Assembly: GCA_035635555.1 (NCBI GenBank)
Contig: DASQAT010000054.1
Coordinates: 11,885-75,884 of the forward strand
Length of the DNA stretch: 64,000 nucleotides
Direction: 5' to 3'
Source: Candidatus Dormiibacterota bacterium
GTDB lineage: Bacteria > Acidobacteriota > Polarisedimenticolia > Gp22-AA2
Every line of letters starts with the position of its first letter. Within the stretch, counting starts at the first letter, position 1. Shown one piece after another: positions 25,853 through 35,033 of the stretch. The notes under the pieces were generated by a model. That model saw only the letters and a program-made list of their open reading frames with translations, was not told where the DNA came from and searched no databases. The translations under genes and the position numbers were made by a program.

Positions 25853-26311
25853 GTGATGCGCGTCGTTCAGGTTTCGAGCAGGGCGTTGATCCCGGCACCG
25901 CCTCAAGCCGTCTACTCCTTGATCGCGGACTATCGTGACGGCCACGCTCGCATGCTGCCTCGTCGCTACTTTCCTCGGTTGGAGGTGGAACGCGGTGGCT
26001 CGGGCGAAGGAACCATCATCCGCTTCGAGGTCAAACTGTTTGGCACCACCCGGCGGGTCCGTGCAGAGATCTCGGAGCCGAAGCCCGGCGAAGAGCTTGT
26101 GGAAACCGACCTGGCGACAGGCGCTCGAACCAGCTTCATCGTGGTTCCTCGTCCCGGAGGAGGCGAGTCGGAAGTCACGATCAAGACTGAATGGGAGTCG
26201 AGCGGGCTTCGTGGCTGGCTTGAACGGATGATGGCCCCGTCGCTGCTCCGACGCATCTACGCCGAGCAGCTGGCGCAACTCCAGGAGGCGTTCGCGTGTC
26301 ATCCCCCCTGA
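25853..26311 (+). CDS. SRPBCC-family (polyketide cyclase/dehydrase-like) protein
   Basis: The pattern IPAPPQAVYSLIADYRDGHARMLP...GEGTIIRFEVKLFG...SEVTIKTEW is typical of SRPBCC ligand-binding proteins. Confidence 0.8.
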   Translation: MMRVVQVSSRALIPAPPQAVYSLIADYRDGHARMLPRRYFPRLEVERGGSGEGTIIRFEVKLFGTTRRVRAEISEPKPGEELVETDLATGARTSFIVVPRPGGGESEVTIKTEWESSGLRGWLERMMAPSLLRRIYAEQLAQLQEAFACHPP

Positions 26312-26616
26312 AACCGTACTCGTTTCTGCTGCCGCGTGACGCCTTCTGGCGCGAGTCGAACATGATGAAGATCCCGAACACGAACCTGGCTGAGCAGCTG
26401 GGCACCGAGAAGCTGGCAGCGCGTCTGTGGCGACTTCCGCCCTTCTCCGCGAACACCTGCCTCCGTCAGGTGTTCAACGACACCGAGGAAGAGGTGCTGT
26501 GGCTGTTTTTCGGTGCCCCGCGGCACGAAGCAGGAGCCGACCGGAGCACCATCTATCCCGAGGACCCGCAGCAGCTGCCGGCCGAATTGCACGATCGCAA
26601 GTGGCCGCCGGCGTGA
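26296..26616 (+). CDS. hypothetical protein (possibly degenerate cupin-like)
   Basis: This ORF fills the gap between SRPBCC and the TPR gene. LGTEKLAARLWRLPPFSANT...EEEVLWLF weakly resembles the start of a cupin barrel, but the metal-binding His residues are not evident. Confidence 0.3.
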   Translation: MSSPLKPYSFLLPRDAFWRESNMMKIPNTNLAEQLGTEKLAARLWRLPPFSANTCLRQVFNDTEEEVLWLFFGAPRHEAGADRSTIYPEDPQQLPAELHDRKWPPA

Positions 26617-27500
26617 GTACCGCACGACTCCTGGCGCCAGTCACCATTCTGCTTCTTGCTGTCGGGACAGCGAGCCCGGCCCAGGCGTATGACGACTGGC
26701 GGAATCTTGTGCGCGATGCCGATTCGCGCATGACTGTCGGCCAATTCACCGAGGCGCAGAAATTGCTCGAGGCGGCGCTCGAGGCCGATATCCCGCCGGA
26801 GGAGAAGTGGCCGGTGCTTTACATGCTGGGGTTTGCCCACACGAAGACACAGGACTGGTCCAAGGCTCAAATATCATTGGAGCGGTCACTGCAAGGCGCG
26901 GAGACGGTGCTGGGGAGGGACGACCCCCGCCTGGCCCGAGTCGCAAGCACGCTGGCGGCTGCCTACCAGAACGACGGCCAATACGAGAAGGCGGAGAAAT
27001 ATCACAGACGCTCGCTCGCGCTTCAGGAGAAGGTGCTGGAGCCCGGCGACCCGGCTCTCGCCAGGCTTCTCATGAACCTTGGATCCGTGCTGAATCTCGA
27101 GTCGAAGGGAAAGGAGGCCGAGCCGCTTCTGCGGCGTGCCCTGTCGATCGCGTCCGGCCCGGCTGCGCCCGATCGTGTGGCCCGCGCCATGATCGAGGAC
27201 AACCTGGCGAATTCGCTGCGCGACCAGGGTCAACTCGAGGAAGCCGAGACCCTCTATACGGACTCGTTGAAGGTCCTCCACGACAAGTTTGGCGAGACGC
27301 ACCAGGTCACGGCCGATGTCTACTGGGGACTGGCCTTCATCGCGAAGCAACGCGGGCAGCTCGAGTCGGCAGCCTCGCTCTATGAGAAGGCGATCCGTGG
27401 CTTCGGGACATCCTTTCCCGAGAGCACTCCGTTCATCAAGCAGCTCCGATCCGAATACGAGCAGGTCAAGGCCGATCTCAGCCATGCCGGCAAGCCGTAA
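26613..27500 (+). CDS. secreted tetratricopeptide (TPR) repeat protein
   Basis: A GTG start is followed by a signal peptide (LLAPVTILLLAVGTASPAQA). TPR_12-like repeats follow (LARVASTLAAAYQNDGQYEKAEKYHRRSLAL..., LANSLRDQGQLEEAETLYTDSLKV...). Confidence 0.85.
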   Translation: MSTARLLAPVTILLLAVGTASPAQAYDDWRNLVRDADSRMTVGQFTEAQKLLEAALEADIPPEEKWPVLYMLGFAHTKTQDWSKAQISLERSLQGAETVLGRDDPRLARVASTLAAAYQNDGQYEKAEKYHRRSLALQEKVLEPGDPALARLLMNLGSVLNLESKGKEAEPLLRRALSIASGPAAPDRVARAMIEDNLANSLRDQGQLEEAETLYTDSLKVLHDKFGETHQVTADVYWGLAFIAKQRGQLESAASLYEKAIRGFGTSFPESTPFIKQLRSEYEQVKADLSHAGKP

Positions 27501-27527
27501 TCGTCCGCATACGGTAGGATTCGCGCG

Positions 27528-27905
27528 ATGCAACCCGGCGACCGCACGGCGTCTTCCCCGATCCTGAAGTGGCTGGCGACCGCCGCCATCCTCGGCACGG
27601 GATTCATTCACCTCGTGGAGGCGCAGGACGCCTTCGGCGACGCCGCGTACAAAGGCGTGCTGTTCGTCGCCAACGGCGTCGGTGCGCTGGTCGCGGCGTT
27701 CGGCCTGTTTCGAAATCGGCGCGATCTGGGGTGGCTCCTGGGTCTGCTGGTCGCCGGCGGCTCCTTGCTCGCCTACGTGGCGAGCCGCACGGTCGGGCTG
27801 CCCGGGCTGCCGGCCGAGCCCGACGCCTGGCTCGAGCCGATGGGCGTCGCGTCGCTCGTGTGCGAGGGACTCTTCGTCGCCCTCTTCGTCTTCACCAAGG
27901 TGTGA
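27528..27905 (+). CDS. hypothetical 4-TM membrane protein
   Basis: It has four hydrophobic helices and compact spacing to its neighbours. Confidence 0.7.
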   Translation: MQPGDRTASSPILKWLATAAILGTGFIHLVEAQDAFGDAAYKGVLFVANGVGALVAAFGLFRNRRDLGWLLGLLVAGGSLLAYVASRTVGLPGLPAEPDAWLEPMGVASLVCEGLFVALFVFTKV

Positions 27906-27920
27906 ACCGCTGAGGTGCTC

Positions 27921-28394
27921 ATGCGTCGATGGTTGCTCTGGGTCATTGCGATCGTCCCGACACTTTCGTTCGGGGCTGCCTCTCCACCCTTCGAGTTCCT
28001 CGGAAAATTCTCGAACATGACGTATTCGCAGGAACACCAGGACGGCGAGGATGTGTATCTGTGGAGAGAGAAGAACGATCTGTACGGATACATGGAATAT
28101 TCCCTGGGAGCGGCGACCATGAAGCTCTCCTTCCAGGCCAGGAACCCTCTCTATGACGAGAAAGGAACCGTCATACGCAACCTGTTCGTGTTCGACGGGC
28201 TCATGAGGGCGAACGTGATCGAAGGGTCACTCAAGTGTCGCAACGCGACGACCCATGAACCCTGCTTGAATGATCAGACAGTCTCATGGAAGAAGGTCAC
28301 GTTGAAGAATGCGGCAATATACAGCATGGGAAGCAGGCGAGACTGGGAAGCCCATATCAACGAACAGCTCGAGGAGCACGGCGCCAGGTGGTAG
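27921..28394 (+). CDS. hypothetical secreted protein
   Basis: GAGG lies 5 nt upstream of ATG 27921 (GTG 27915 is also possible). There is a signal peptide WLLWVIAIVPTLSFGAA. No family was recognised. Confidence 0.65.
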   Translation: MRRWLLWVIAIVPTLSFGAASPPFEFLGKFSNMTYSQEHQDGEDVYLWREKNDLYGYMEYSLGAATMKLSFQARNPLYDEKGTVIRNLFVFDGLMRANVIEGSLKCRNATTHEPCLNDQTVSWKKVTLKNAAIYSMGSRRDWEAHINEQLEEHGARW

Positions 28395-29236
28395 CCACTC
28401 CCCTGCCCGCATACTTTGTCGTCACCTATCTCATCACGTGGGGCTTCTTCTTCGCGGGGAGCCTGACGCCGGCCGCGTGGCCGCGCGGGCTCCTGTTCCT
28501 GCTCGGCACGTTCGCGCCCGGATACGTCGCCCTGTGGTTCACGAGCCGGGAAACTGGTCGCGGCGGAGTGGCTGCGCTCCTGCGGCGCCTCGTCGAGTGG
28601 CGGGTCCCCGCGCGCTGGTACGCATTCGCCGCCGGCTACATCGTCGTCATCAAACTCACCGTCGCCCTCGTGCACCGGGCCGTCACGGGCGCGTGGCCGC
28701 TCTTTGGCCGACTCCCCTGGTACCTGATGCTCGCCGCGACGGTCGGGTCCACTGTGGTGGGCGGCCAGTCGGGCGAGGAGGTCGGATGGCGCGGGTATGC
28801 CTTGCCGCGGCTCGCGGCGCGTTTCGGTCTGGGGGGCGGGAGCGTGCTCCTCGGCCTGCTGTGGGCGTGCTGGCACCTTCCCCTGTTCTTCATTTCCGGC
28901 GTCGACACGGCTGGCCAGTCGTTCCCGCTCTACCTTCTGCAGGTCACGGCGCTGTCGGTGGCGATGGCGTGGCTGTTCGCCCACACACGCGGCACCCTGC
29001 TGCCGGTCATGCTCATGCACGCCGCTGTGAACAATACCAAGGACATCGTGCCCTCGGCCGATCCGAACGCCACGAATCCGTGGGCTCTGAGCCACTCGCT
29101 CGTGGCCTGGATGACGCTGGCTCTGCTCTGGCTGTGCGCCGGCTATTTCCTGCTTCGAATGCGCAAGAACCCGACGCTCGAACGGGACGTGGTCGCCGAC
29201 GGGCCGGCGGCCGGGAGGAACGGATGCGGAACCTGA
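28388..29236 (+). CDS. CPBP-family intramembrane glutamic endopeptidase (CAAX protease/Abi-like)
   Basis: Motifs are GEEVGWRGYALPRL, WHLPLF and MLMHAAVNN, in a polytopic membrane protein. The GTG start overlaps the preceding stop. Confidence 0.85.
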   Translation: MVATPLPAYFVVTYLITWGFFFAGSLTPAAWPRGLLFLLGTFAPGYVALWFTSRETGRGGVAALLRRLVEWRVPARWYAFAAGYIVVIKLTVALVHRAVTGAWPLFGRLPWYLMLAATVGSTVVGGQSGEEVGWRGYALPRLAARFGLGGGSVLLGLLWACWHLPLFFISGVDTAGQSFPLYLLQVTALSVAMAWLFAHTRGTLLPVMLMHAAVNNTKDIVPSADPNATNPWALSHSLVAWMTLALLWLCAGYFLLRMRKNPTLERDVVADGPAAGRNGCGT

Positions 29237-29877
29237 CGCGGTGGTCCCCGGGACATGCGCGCTGGTCCGAGGCGCGTGTACGGATTCTCGCCGTGGCCGC
29301 GGTTCTGTGCGCCTGGTCGTGCAGTCCGTCGCCTGCGATCACGGTCCAGGAGGGCGACATCGTGTTTCAGACTTCCCGGTCTGCCCAGAGCCAGGCGGTC
29401 CAGCTGGCGACACATTCCCCATACAGTCACATGGGGCTGGTCCTGTTTCGCGACGGGAAGCCTTTCGTGTTCGAGGCGATAGCGCGGGTTCAGTTCACCC
29501 CCTTCGTTGAATGGATCCATCGGGGTGAAGAGGGCCGGTATGTCGTGAAGCGCCTGCGCGACCCCGAGTTGCTCGGCGATCCTGCCAGGCTGTCCGCGCT
29601 CAAACGCTCGGCACTGGCCTTCGCCGGCCGGCCCTACGATCCCTATTTCGAATGGTCGGATGACCGCATCTACTGTTCCGAGCTCGTCTGGAAAGCGTAT
29701 GATCGCGGGATTGGGGTCCAGTTGGGTTCTCTTGCGCGTCTATCGACCTTCGACTTGTCCAATCTGCTGGTGAAGACAAAGCTGGCGGAGCGTTACGGAG
29801 ACAAGGTGCCGCTGGACGAGCGCGTCATTTCTCCGGCCGCCGTTTTCGCCTCCCCTCTGCTGCAGGAGGCGCGGTGA
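29224..29877 (+). CDS. YiiX/YebB-like permuted papain-fold (NlpC/P60 clan) protein
   Basis: A signal/lipobox-like N-terminus (AAVLCAWSC) is followed by GDIVFQTSRS...YSHMGLVL and RIYCSELVWKAY, which is the family pattern. Confidence 0.8.
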   Translation: MRNLTRWSPGHARWSEARVRILAVAAVLCAWSCSPSPAITVQEGDIVFQTSRSAQSQAVQLATHSPYSHMGLVLFRDGKPFVFEAIARVQFTPFVEWIHRGEEGRYVVKRLRDPELLGDPARLSALKRSALAFAGRPYDPYFEWSDDRIYCSELVWKAYDRGIGVQLGSLARLSTFDLSNLLVKTKLAERYGDKVPLDERVISPAAVFASPLLQEAR

Positions 29878-29890
29878 AAAGTGAGGCAAC

Positions 29891-30544
29891 ATGTTCCCGA
29901 TCGGGGATGACAACCGTGACCGCAAGACATTCCCGCTGGTCACGTATGCGCTGATCGCTCTCAACGCCCTGCTCTTCTTCGTCGAGCTGAGCGGCGGCGA
30001 TGCGTTCGTCCTGAAGTGGGCCTTCGTGCCGCGCCGCTTCCTGGCCGATCCCTTCGCGGATGCACGGACTCTCTTCAGCTCGATGTTCATGCATGCCGGG
30101 TGGCTTCACCTGGGCGGCAACATGCTTTACCTCGGGATCTTCGGCGACAACGTCGAAGACCGCTTCGGGCACTTCAGGTATCTGATCTTCTACCTGCTCT
30201 GCGGGCTCGCCGCCACTGCCGCGCAGTTGTTCTTCAGTGTCGGCTCGAGCGTGCCGAATCTGGGGGCCTCGGGAGCGATTGCCGGGGTCCTCGGCGCCTA
30301 CTTCCTGATGTTTCCACAGAGACGGGTCCGGGTCCTGCTGTATACCCAGGTGACGGAAGTGCCCGCGCTGATCGTCATCGGGCTCTGGTTCGTTCTGCAG
30401 TTGTTCAGCAGCGTCGGCTCCATCGCCAGCACGGAGCGGGCGGGGGGCGGTGTCGCCTACATGGCGCACGTCGGTGGATTCGTCGCCGGGCTCGTCCTGG
30501 GACTCCTGTTCCGTGGAAGCCGCGGGGGCGTCGAAGAGTCCTGA
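29891..30544 (+). CDS. rhomboid-family intramembrane serine protease
   Basis: Motifs are FMHAGWLHLGGNMLYL (H-x4-H-x3-N), GASGAIAGVLGAY (catalytic Ser) and AHVGGFVAG (catalytic His). Confidence 0.9.
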   Translation: MFPIGDDNRDRKTFPLVTYALIALNALLFFVELSGGDAFVLKWAFVPRRFLADPFADARTLFSSMFMHAGWLHLGGNMLYLGIFGDNVEDRFGHFRYLIFYLLCGLAATAAQLFFSVGSSVPNLGASGAIAGVLGAYFLMFPQRRVRVLLYTQVTEVPALIVIGLWFVLQLFSSVGSIASTERAGGGVAYMAHVGGFVAGLVLGLLFRGSRGGVEES

Positions 30545-30606
30545 CCGGCCAACCCAACGGTGCTAGGATCCGGCCCAACTCAACCAACTCCAGGATAGGT
30601 GGCACG

Positions 30607-32106
30607 ATGGTGAGGCCGCCCCGGACTCTCAAGGAGGAACTGCGCATCATGTTTGCCGCCCGATTGCGTGTTCGCCTGGCCATCGCTTTCATCGGTCTGT
30701 TCACCATCGGGATCACCCAGGCCGGTCCGGGCGAGACCCGGCAGCCGGCGGCGACCGGCTGGAAAGTCAAGTTCAACGAGAGCGGATCGGATCCCGTGAT
30801 CGCCGATGGCGTGCTTTACATCGGATCGGCGGACGGCGCGATCCACGCCCTGGATGCGACGACCGGAGAGACGAAGTGGCGCTTCCAGACGGGGGAGAAC
30901 CTTTCGCCGGCGACTTCCGGCCCGAAGATCATCACCATGCCCCGTGGGAGCAGCGAGGCTGAAATGATGGCCTCCATAATCGACGCCGCCGAAAAGAAGA
31001 AACCGGAAGGTCTAAGACGAGTGGACATGACCGCTGCGGTCGAGAATGGCACGGTGTTCGTCGGCTCGGGGGATCAGTCGTTCTATGCCGTCGACGCCGC
31101 GACAGGGAAGAAGAAATGGGCGTACGAGGCCGGCCCGGGGATGGCCTCCAGCAATTTCTCGGACGTCGCGCGCCCCCCTGCGCTCCTCAAGGCCGGCACC
31201 GTTTATTTTGCGACCGAGGACGGACTGCATGCCCTCGATGCGTCGACCGGCAAAAGAAAGTGGCTGTTCGAGACGCTGCAGGACATACCCCTCGAGCAGA
31301 TGAACACTCACAAGCGGCGCCCTCCCGAAGGGGCCGTCCTGGGGGATGGCGTGGTCTTCGTGACGGCCTGGCCCTACGCGGGTCTCCGGGGACCTCTTCC
31401 AAGCTTCGTTTACGCGGTGGACCAGGAATCGGGCAAGGCGAAGTGGGTGACCCGTGTCGATGGCGATGGCATCACCACCCCGATGACGGCGAAGGGACTC
31501 GTGTTCGTCGCAGTCAAGGCGGCCGGCTCCCCTGCTTCCAATCCTGTGACTCTGTATGCCCTCGACGCGGCCGATGGACAGGTCAAATGGAAGCGCGGCC
31601 TGAAGGCGACGTACACGGCGCCGTCGCTGCGCATCGCCGGCGACTCGCTTTATTGCTCCACGGACAAGACCCTGTCGGCCATGGACCTGGAATCAGGAGT
31701 CGAGCGCTGGAATTTCAGCGCCGATCAGATCGGCGTTGATCCCCGGGCGGATGACCGGTACCTCTACGTCGTGACCCACAAGGGCTCCATCATGCGCCCG
31801 AAGGACACGCTTCACGCGCTCCTCCTCGCGACAGGCGAGGAGAAGTGGTCGCGGGACGTGAACGCGAGCGTCGCCATGGTCCGCGAAGGAGTCGTTTACG
31901 CCGATGGAGAGCCGTTCCGCGCAATCGATGCCTCCACAGGCAAGGATCTCTGGACATTCAAGGGCACGGGGCGCCTGTCGGCTCGACTGATGTCCGGGGG
32001 CAGGATCTTCCTGACCTCACCGACCGTAACCTATATCGGAACGAAGCGGGTCGACCAGGGCTACCTTTACGCACTCGACGCGAAGACAGGGAGACTCGAC
32101 TCCTAG
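30607..32106 (+). CDS. PQQ-like beta-propeller repeat protein (BamB-like fold)
   Basis: Repeated units of the form DGVLYIGSADGAIHALDATTGETKWRF, NGTVFVGSGDQSFYAVDAATGKKKWAY and so on, with a signal-anchor N-terminus. The alternative start is ATG 30649. Confidence 0.85.
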   Translation: MVRPPRTLKEELRIMFAARLRVRLAIAFIGLFTIGITQAGPGETRQPAATGWKVKFNESGSDPVIADGVLYIGSADGAIHALDATTGETKWRFQTGENLSPATSGPKIITMPRGSSEAEMMASIIDAAEKKKPEGLRRVDMTAAVENGTVFVGSGDQSFYAVDAATGKKKWAYEAGPGMASSNFSDVARPPALLKAGTVYFATEDGLHALDASTGKRKWLFETLQDIPLEQMNTHKRRPPEGAVLGDGVVFVTAWPYAGLRGPLPSFVYAVDQESGKAKWVTRVDGDGITTPMTAKGLVFVAVKAAGSPASNPVTLYALDAADGQVKWKRGLKATYTAPSLRIAGDSLYCSTDKTLSAMDLESGVERWNFSADQIGVDPRADDRYLYVVTHKGSIMRPKDTLHALLLATGEEKWSRDVNASVAMVREGVVYADGEPFRAIDASTGKDLWTFKGTGRLSARLMSGGRIFLTSPTVTYIGTKRVDQGYLYALDAKTGRLDS

Positions 32107-32111
32107 CCGAG

Positions 32112-32636
32112 GTGAATGATGTGATCATCATTCACGGGGTCTACCGGTTCGCCCCGAAGCACCTCGCCTTCCGGAACGACTTCTGCCTCACGTGCAAGGC
32201 GACGGCCGTCTCCGTTCAGGTTCGCAGCCTCTATGTAGGACACCTGTACTGGATCCCCCTGCTGCCGCTGGGGGTCTGGAAGAAGTGGGTCTGCTCCGTC
32301 TGCGGGCACGATCCGCACGCGATCGTCCAGACGAGACGATTCTTCAAGATCCTGCTGGTAATCCTTGTTGTGCTGATGACTCTTCCTCTCTGGTTCGTCG
32401 CACCCGGAGCCGATCAAGTCAAGATCCTCTGGCTGGGACGCCTCCTGAGTCTCGTGGCGCTGTGCGGCGCGATCTGGTGGGCGACGCTCGGACACCGTGC
32501 CGCGCCGTCCCTCAGGGAGCGGCTGGCGGCCGTCGTGCCGTACGAGGCCCGAACCTGTCCCTTTTGCGGAGGGGATTTGTTCGACAACCCGCGCTGGCAT
32601 TGTCCCGCCTGCGGCCTGGAACGGTCCCGGCTGTAG
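32112..32636 (+). CDS. membrane protein with N- and C-terminal zinc-ribbon motifs
   Basis: It has CLTC...CSVCG and CPFCG...CPACG pairs flanking two or three TM helices. The start is GTG 32112 or 32121. Confidence 0.65.
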   Translation: MNDVIIIHGVYRFAPKHLAFRNDFCLTCKATAVSVQVRSLYVGHLYWIPLLPLGVWKKWVCSVCGHDPHAIVQTRRFFKILLVILVVLMTLPLWFVAPGADQVKILWLGRLLSLVALCGAIWWATLGHRAAPSLRERLAAVVPYEARTCPFCGGDLFDNPRWHCPACGLERSRL

Positions 32637-32741
32637 GCCGGGCTCAGGTCACGACGCGGCGCTCAAGCTGCCGACCCTGTGATAGCATCCCGCGCCGAAT
32701 CGTCACTGCGCTTCCCGCGTTTCCAAAGAGGAGGGGGTCTC

Positions 32742-33485
32742 ATGCGGAGACTGGAAACCTATCTGGCCGTGGTCCTGCCGATGGCGATCTTGACCGTGAT
32801 TCTGGCGGTGAGCGGCCTGACCGGGGCGATCGGCCAGCAGGCGAAGCCGGCCGTGGACTGGTCCTTCAACGCCACCGTCATCGAATCCTGCAGCTGCCAG
32901 ATGTTCTGTCCGTGCTATTTCAGCACCAAGCCGGCCCCGGCGCACGAGGGTCACGCCGGGGGCCAGCACTATTGCCGCTTCAACATGGCCTACAAGGTCA
33001 ACAAGGGAATGCACGGCTCTGTGAATCTCGCGGGCGCCAGGTTCTGGATTGCCGGTGATCTCGGCGACGATTTCGGCGACGGAGAGACGGAGTGGGCCGA
33101 AGCGACGTTCGACCCGTCGGTCACGAAGGAGCAGCGCGATGCCATCGCGTCCATTCTTCTGGGGCCTGTGTACCCCTGGAAGTGGAAGAAGTTCACCGTG
33201 GGACCGGACGCCACGGTCGAGTGGAACGGCGGCAAGGATCGCGCCGTGGCCCGGCTGGACGGCGGCAAGGCGGGGGAGATCGTGCTCGCGCACAATCCGA
33301 CGGCCATGAGCCCGGAGCCGACGGTCATCAAGAACCTCAAGTACTTCGCAGCGCCCCGGAACGACGGCTTCGTGCTGATGCCGGCCGAGGTCGAAGCGTA
33401 CAGGCGCGGCGACAGCCAGTTCGAGTACAAGGGGACCAACGGCTTCATGATCACCGTCGACGTCACGTCCAAGGACGTGAAGTAG
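32742..33485 (+). CDS. DUF1326-domain protein with signal anchor
   Basis: AGAGGAGGGGG precedes ATG 32742. WSFNATVIESCSCQMFCPCYF is the hallmark DUF1326 cysteine motif. Confidence 0.8.
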   Translation: MRRLETYLAVVLPMAILTVILAVSGLTGAIGQQAKPAVDWSFNATVIESCSCQMFCPCYFSTKPAPAHEGHAGGQHYCRFNMAYKVNKGMHGSVNLAGARFWIAGDLGDDFGDGETEWAEATFDPSVTKEQRDAIASILLGPVYPWKWKKFTVGPDATVEWNGGKDRAVARLDGGKAGEIVLAHNPTAMSPEPTVIKNLKYFAAPRNDGFVLMPAEVEAYRRGDSQFEYKGTNGFMITVDVTSKDVK

Positions 33486-33621
33486 GACGATGGAGCGGCT
33501 TGCCTAAACCCCATCCGCGGCGCTAACCTAGCCGTCCAATCATGGACTTGGAGCTCGTGCTGCGGGCTCGCGTGCACGCGTGGCGCGGCGCCCGGTGCCC
33601 GGCGCCGCGGGAGGCCGCGTC

Positions 33622-33897
33622 ATGACCGTCACCGTTCTTGTTCCGGGCGTGCTGCGCACCAGCTGCGGGGGCGCGTCCGAGCTGTCCCTACCGGTCGCGA
33701 GCGTCCGCGCCGCCCTCGAGCAGATCGAAAAGGACTACCCGGCGCTGTACCGCAACATCTGCGACGAGACGGGCAAGGTGCGCCGTCACGTCAACCTGTT
33801 CGTCAACACGTCCCACATCCGCGACCGGGATGGGCTCGATACTGCGCTGACTTCGGGGGACGTCGTCAGCATCATTCCCGCTGTCTCAGGAGGTTGA
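33622..33897 (+). CDS. MoaD/ThiS-family ubiquitin-fold protein ending in Gly-Gly
   Basis: This 91-aa protein has ...DTALTSGDVVSIIPAVSGG as its C-terminus, with the stop directly after the GG. The pattern is beta-grasp-like. Confidence 0.8.
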   Translation: MTVTVLVPGVLRTSCGGASELSLPVASVRAALEQIEKDYPALYRNICDETGKVRRHVNLFVNTSHIRDRDGLDTALTSGDVVSIIPAVSGG

Positions 33898-33899
33898 TC

Positions 33900-35012
33900 A
33901 TGCCGGAACGCGTCATTCTCAGCATCGGAACCAAGAAGGGGGTCTTCGTCGCCGAGGCGCCGAAGACCCGGGGCGCCTTCGCGCTGCGCGGGCCGTTCGG
34001 ACCGGGGGTGGGCGTCTATTCGACGCTGATCGACACGCGCGGCAAGCCGCGCATCTACGCCTCGAGCTGCAACGCCTTCTTCGGCATGAAGGTGATGCTC
34101 TCGACCGATCTGGGGAAAACGTTCAAGGAGACGAAATCGGCCCCCGCCTTCCCGAAGGACGACGGCCGCGCGCTCATCAACATCTGGTCGCTCGAGGCGG
34201 GCGACGGCAAACAGGATCTCTGGTGCGGCGTCGAGCCCGCCTCGCTCTTCAGAAGCGACGACGGCGGCGACTCCTGGGAGATGGTCCCGGGCATCAGCAA
34301 CCACGAGCATTCCCGGAAATGGCAGCCCGGGGCCGGCGGGCTGTGCATGCACACGATCCTGCGCGACGGCAAGCGGGTGCACCTCGGCATCTCGACCGGC
34401 GGCCACTACGTTAGCGAGGACGGCGGCAAGACCTTCAAGGCGTCCAACAAGGGCGTCGGCGCCGGCTTCAATCCCGATCCCTATCCCGAGTTCGGGCAGT
34501 GCGTGCACAAGATCGCGGGGCACAAGGACGCGCCCGGGCGGCTGTACATGCAGAACCACGGCGGCTGGGGGGAATGGGATGGGCCCGGCGGGCGTCGACC
34601 GGACATCGGCGTCCTGCGCAGCGACGATTACGGCAGGTCGTGGCGCTCCATCGCCAAGGGGCTGCCGTCCGACTTCGGCTTCCCGATGGTCGTCCATCCG
34701 CAGGACCCCGACACGATCTACGTCGTGCCGCTCGAGCCGCCGACACGCACCTGTCCGGGCGGCGTCCCCGCCGTCTGGCGCAGCGAGAACGGCGGCGGCT
34801 CGTGGGGACGGCTCACCCGCGGTCTGCCGAAGAAGCAGAGCTTCTTCACGGTCCTGCGCGACGGGATGGACGTCGACGAGCTCAAGTCACCGGCGCTCTA
34901 CTTCGGCACGACGACGGGACAGCTCTGGATCGGGCGGGACGGCGGCGAGAAGTGGGACTGCCTGTTCGACTCGCTGCCGCCGATCCACTGCGTGAAGGTC
35001 GCGGTGGTGTAA
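33900..35012 (+). CDS. BNR/Asp-box repeat beta-propeller (sialidase-like / PSII-stability-factor-like) protein
   Basis: The Asp-boxes are SDDGGDSW, SEDGGKTF, SDDYGRSW, SENGGGSW and GRDGGEKW. CAGGAGG lies 6 nt upstream of ATG 33900, and the MoaD-like stop sits in the same few bases. Confidence 0.85.
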   Translation: MPERVILSIGTKKGVFVAEAPKTRGAFALRGPFGPGVGVYSTLIDTRGKPRIYASSCNAFFGMKVMLSTDLGKTFKETKSAPAFPKDDGRALINIWSLEAGDGKQDLWCGVEPASLFRSDDGGDSWEMVPGISNHEHSRKWQPGAGGLCMHTILRDGKRVHLGISTGGHYVSEDGGKTFKASNKGVGAGFNPDPYPEFGQCVHKIAGHKDAPGRLYMQNHGGWGEWDGPGGRRPDIGVLRSDDYGRSWRSIAKGLPSDFGFPMVVHPQDPDTIYVVPLEPPTRTCPGGVPAVWRSENGGGSWGRLTRGLPKKQSFFTVLRDGMDVDELKSPALYFGTTTGQLWIGRDGGEKWDCLFDSLPPIHCVKVAVV

Positions 35013-35033
35013 GCGGGGGCGATCGACCACCCG

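Noticed and set aside
28309-32106. Very long track ORFs 28309-29877 (522 aa) and 30016-32106 (696 aa). ORF 42713-44830 (705 aa) is a third case, outside this span.
   Set aside because: Their 5' parts overlap the preceding, well-supported genes out of frame and are Arg/Pro-rich. I trimmed them to internal starts with an RBS and sensible N-termini (29224, 30607 and 43712).
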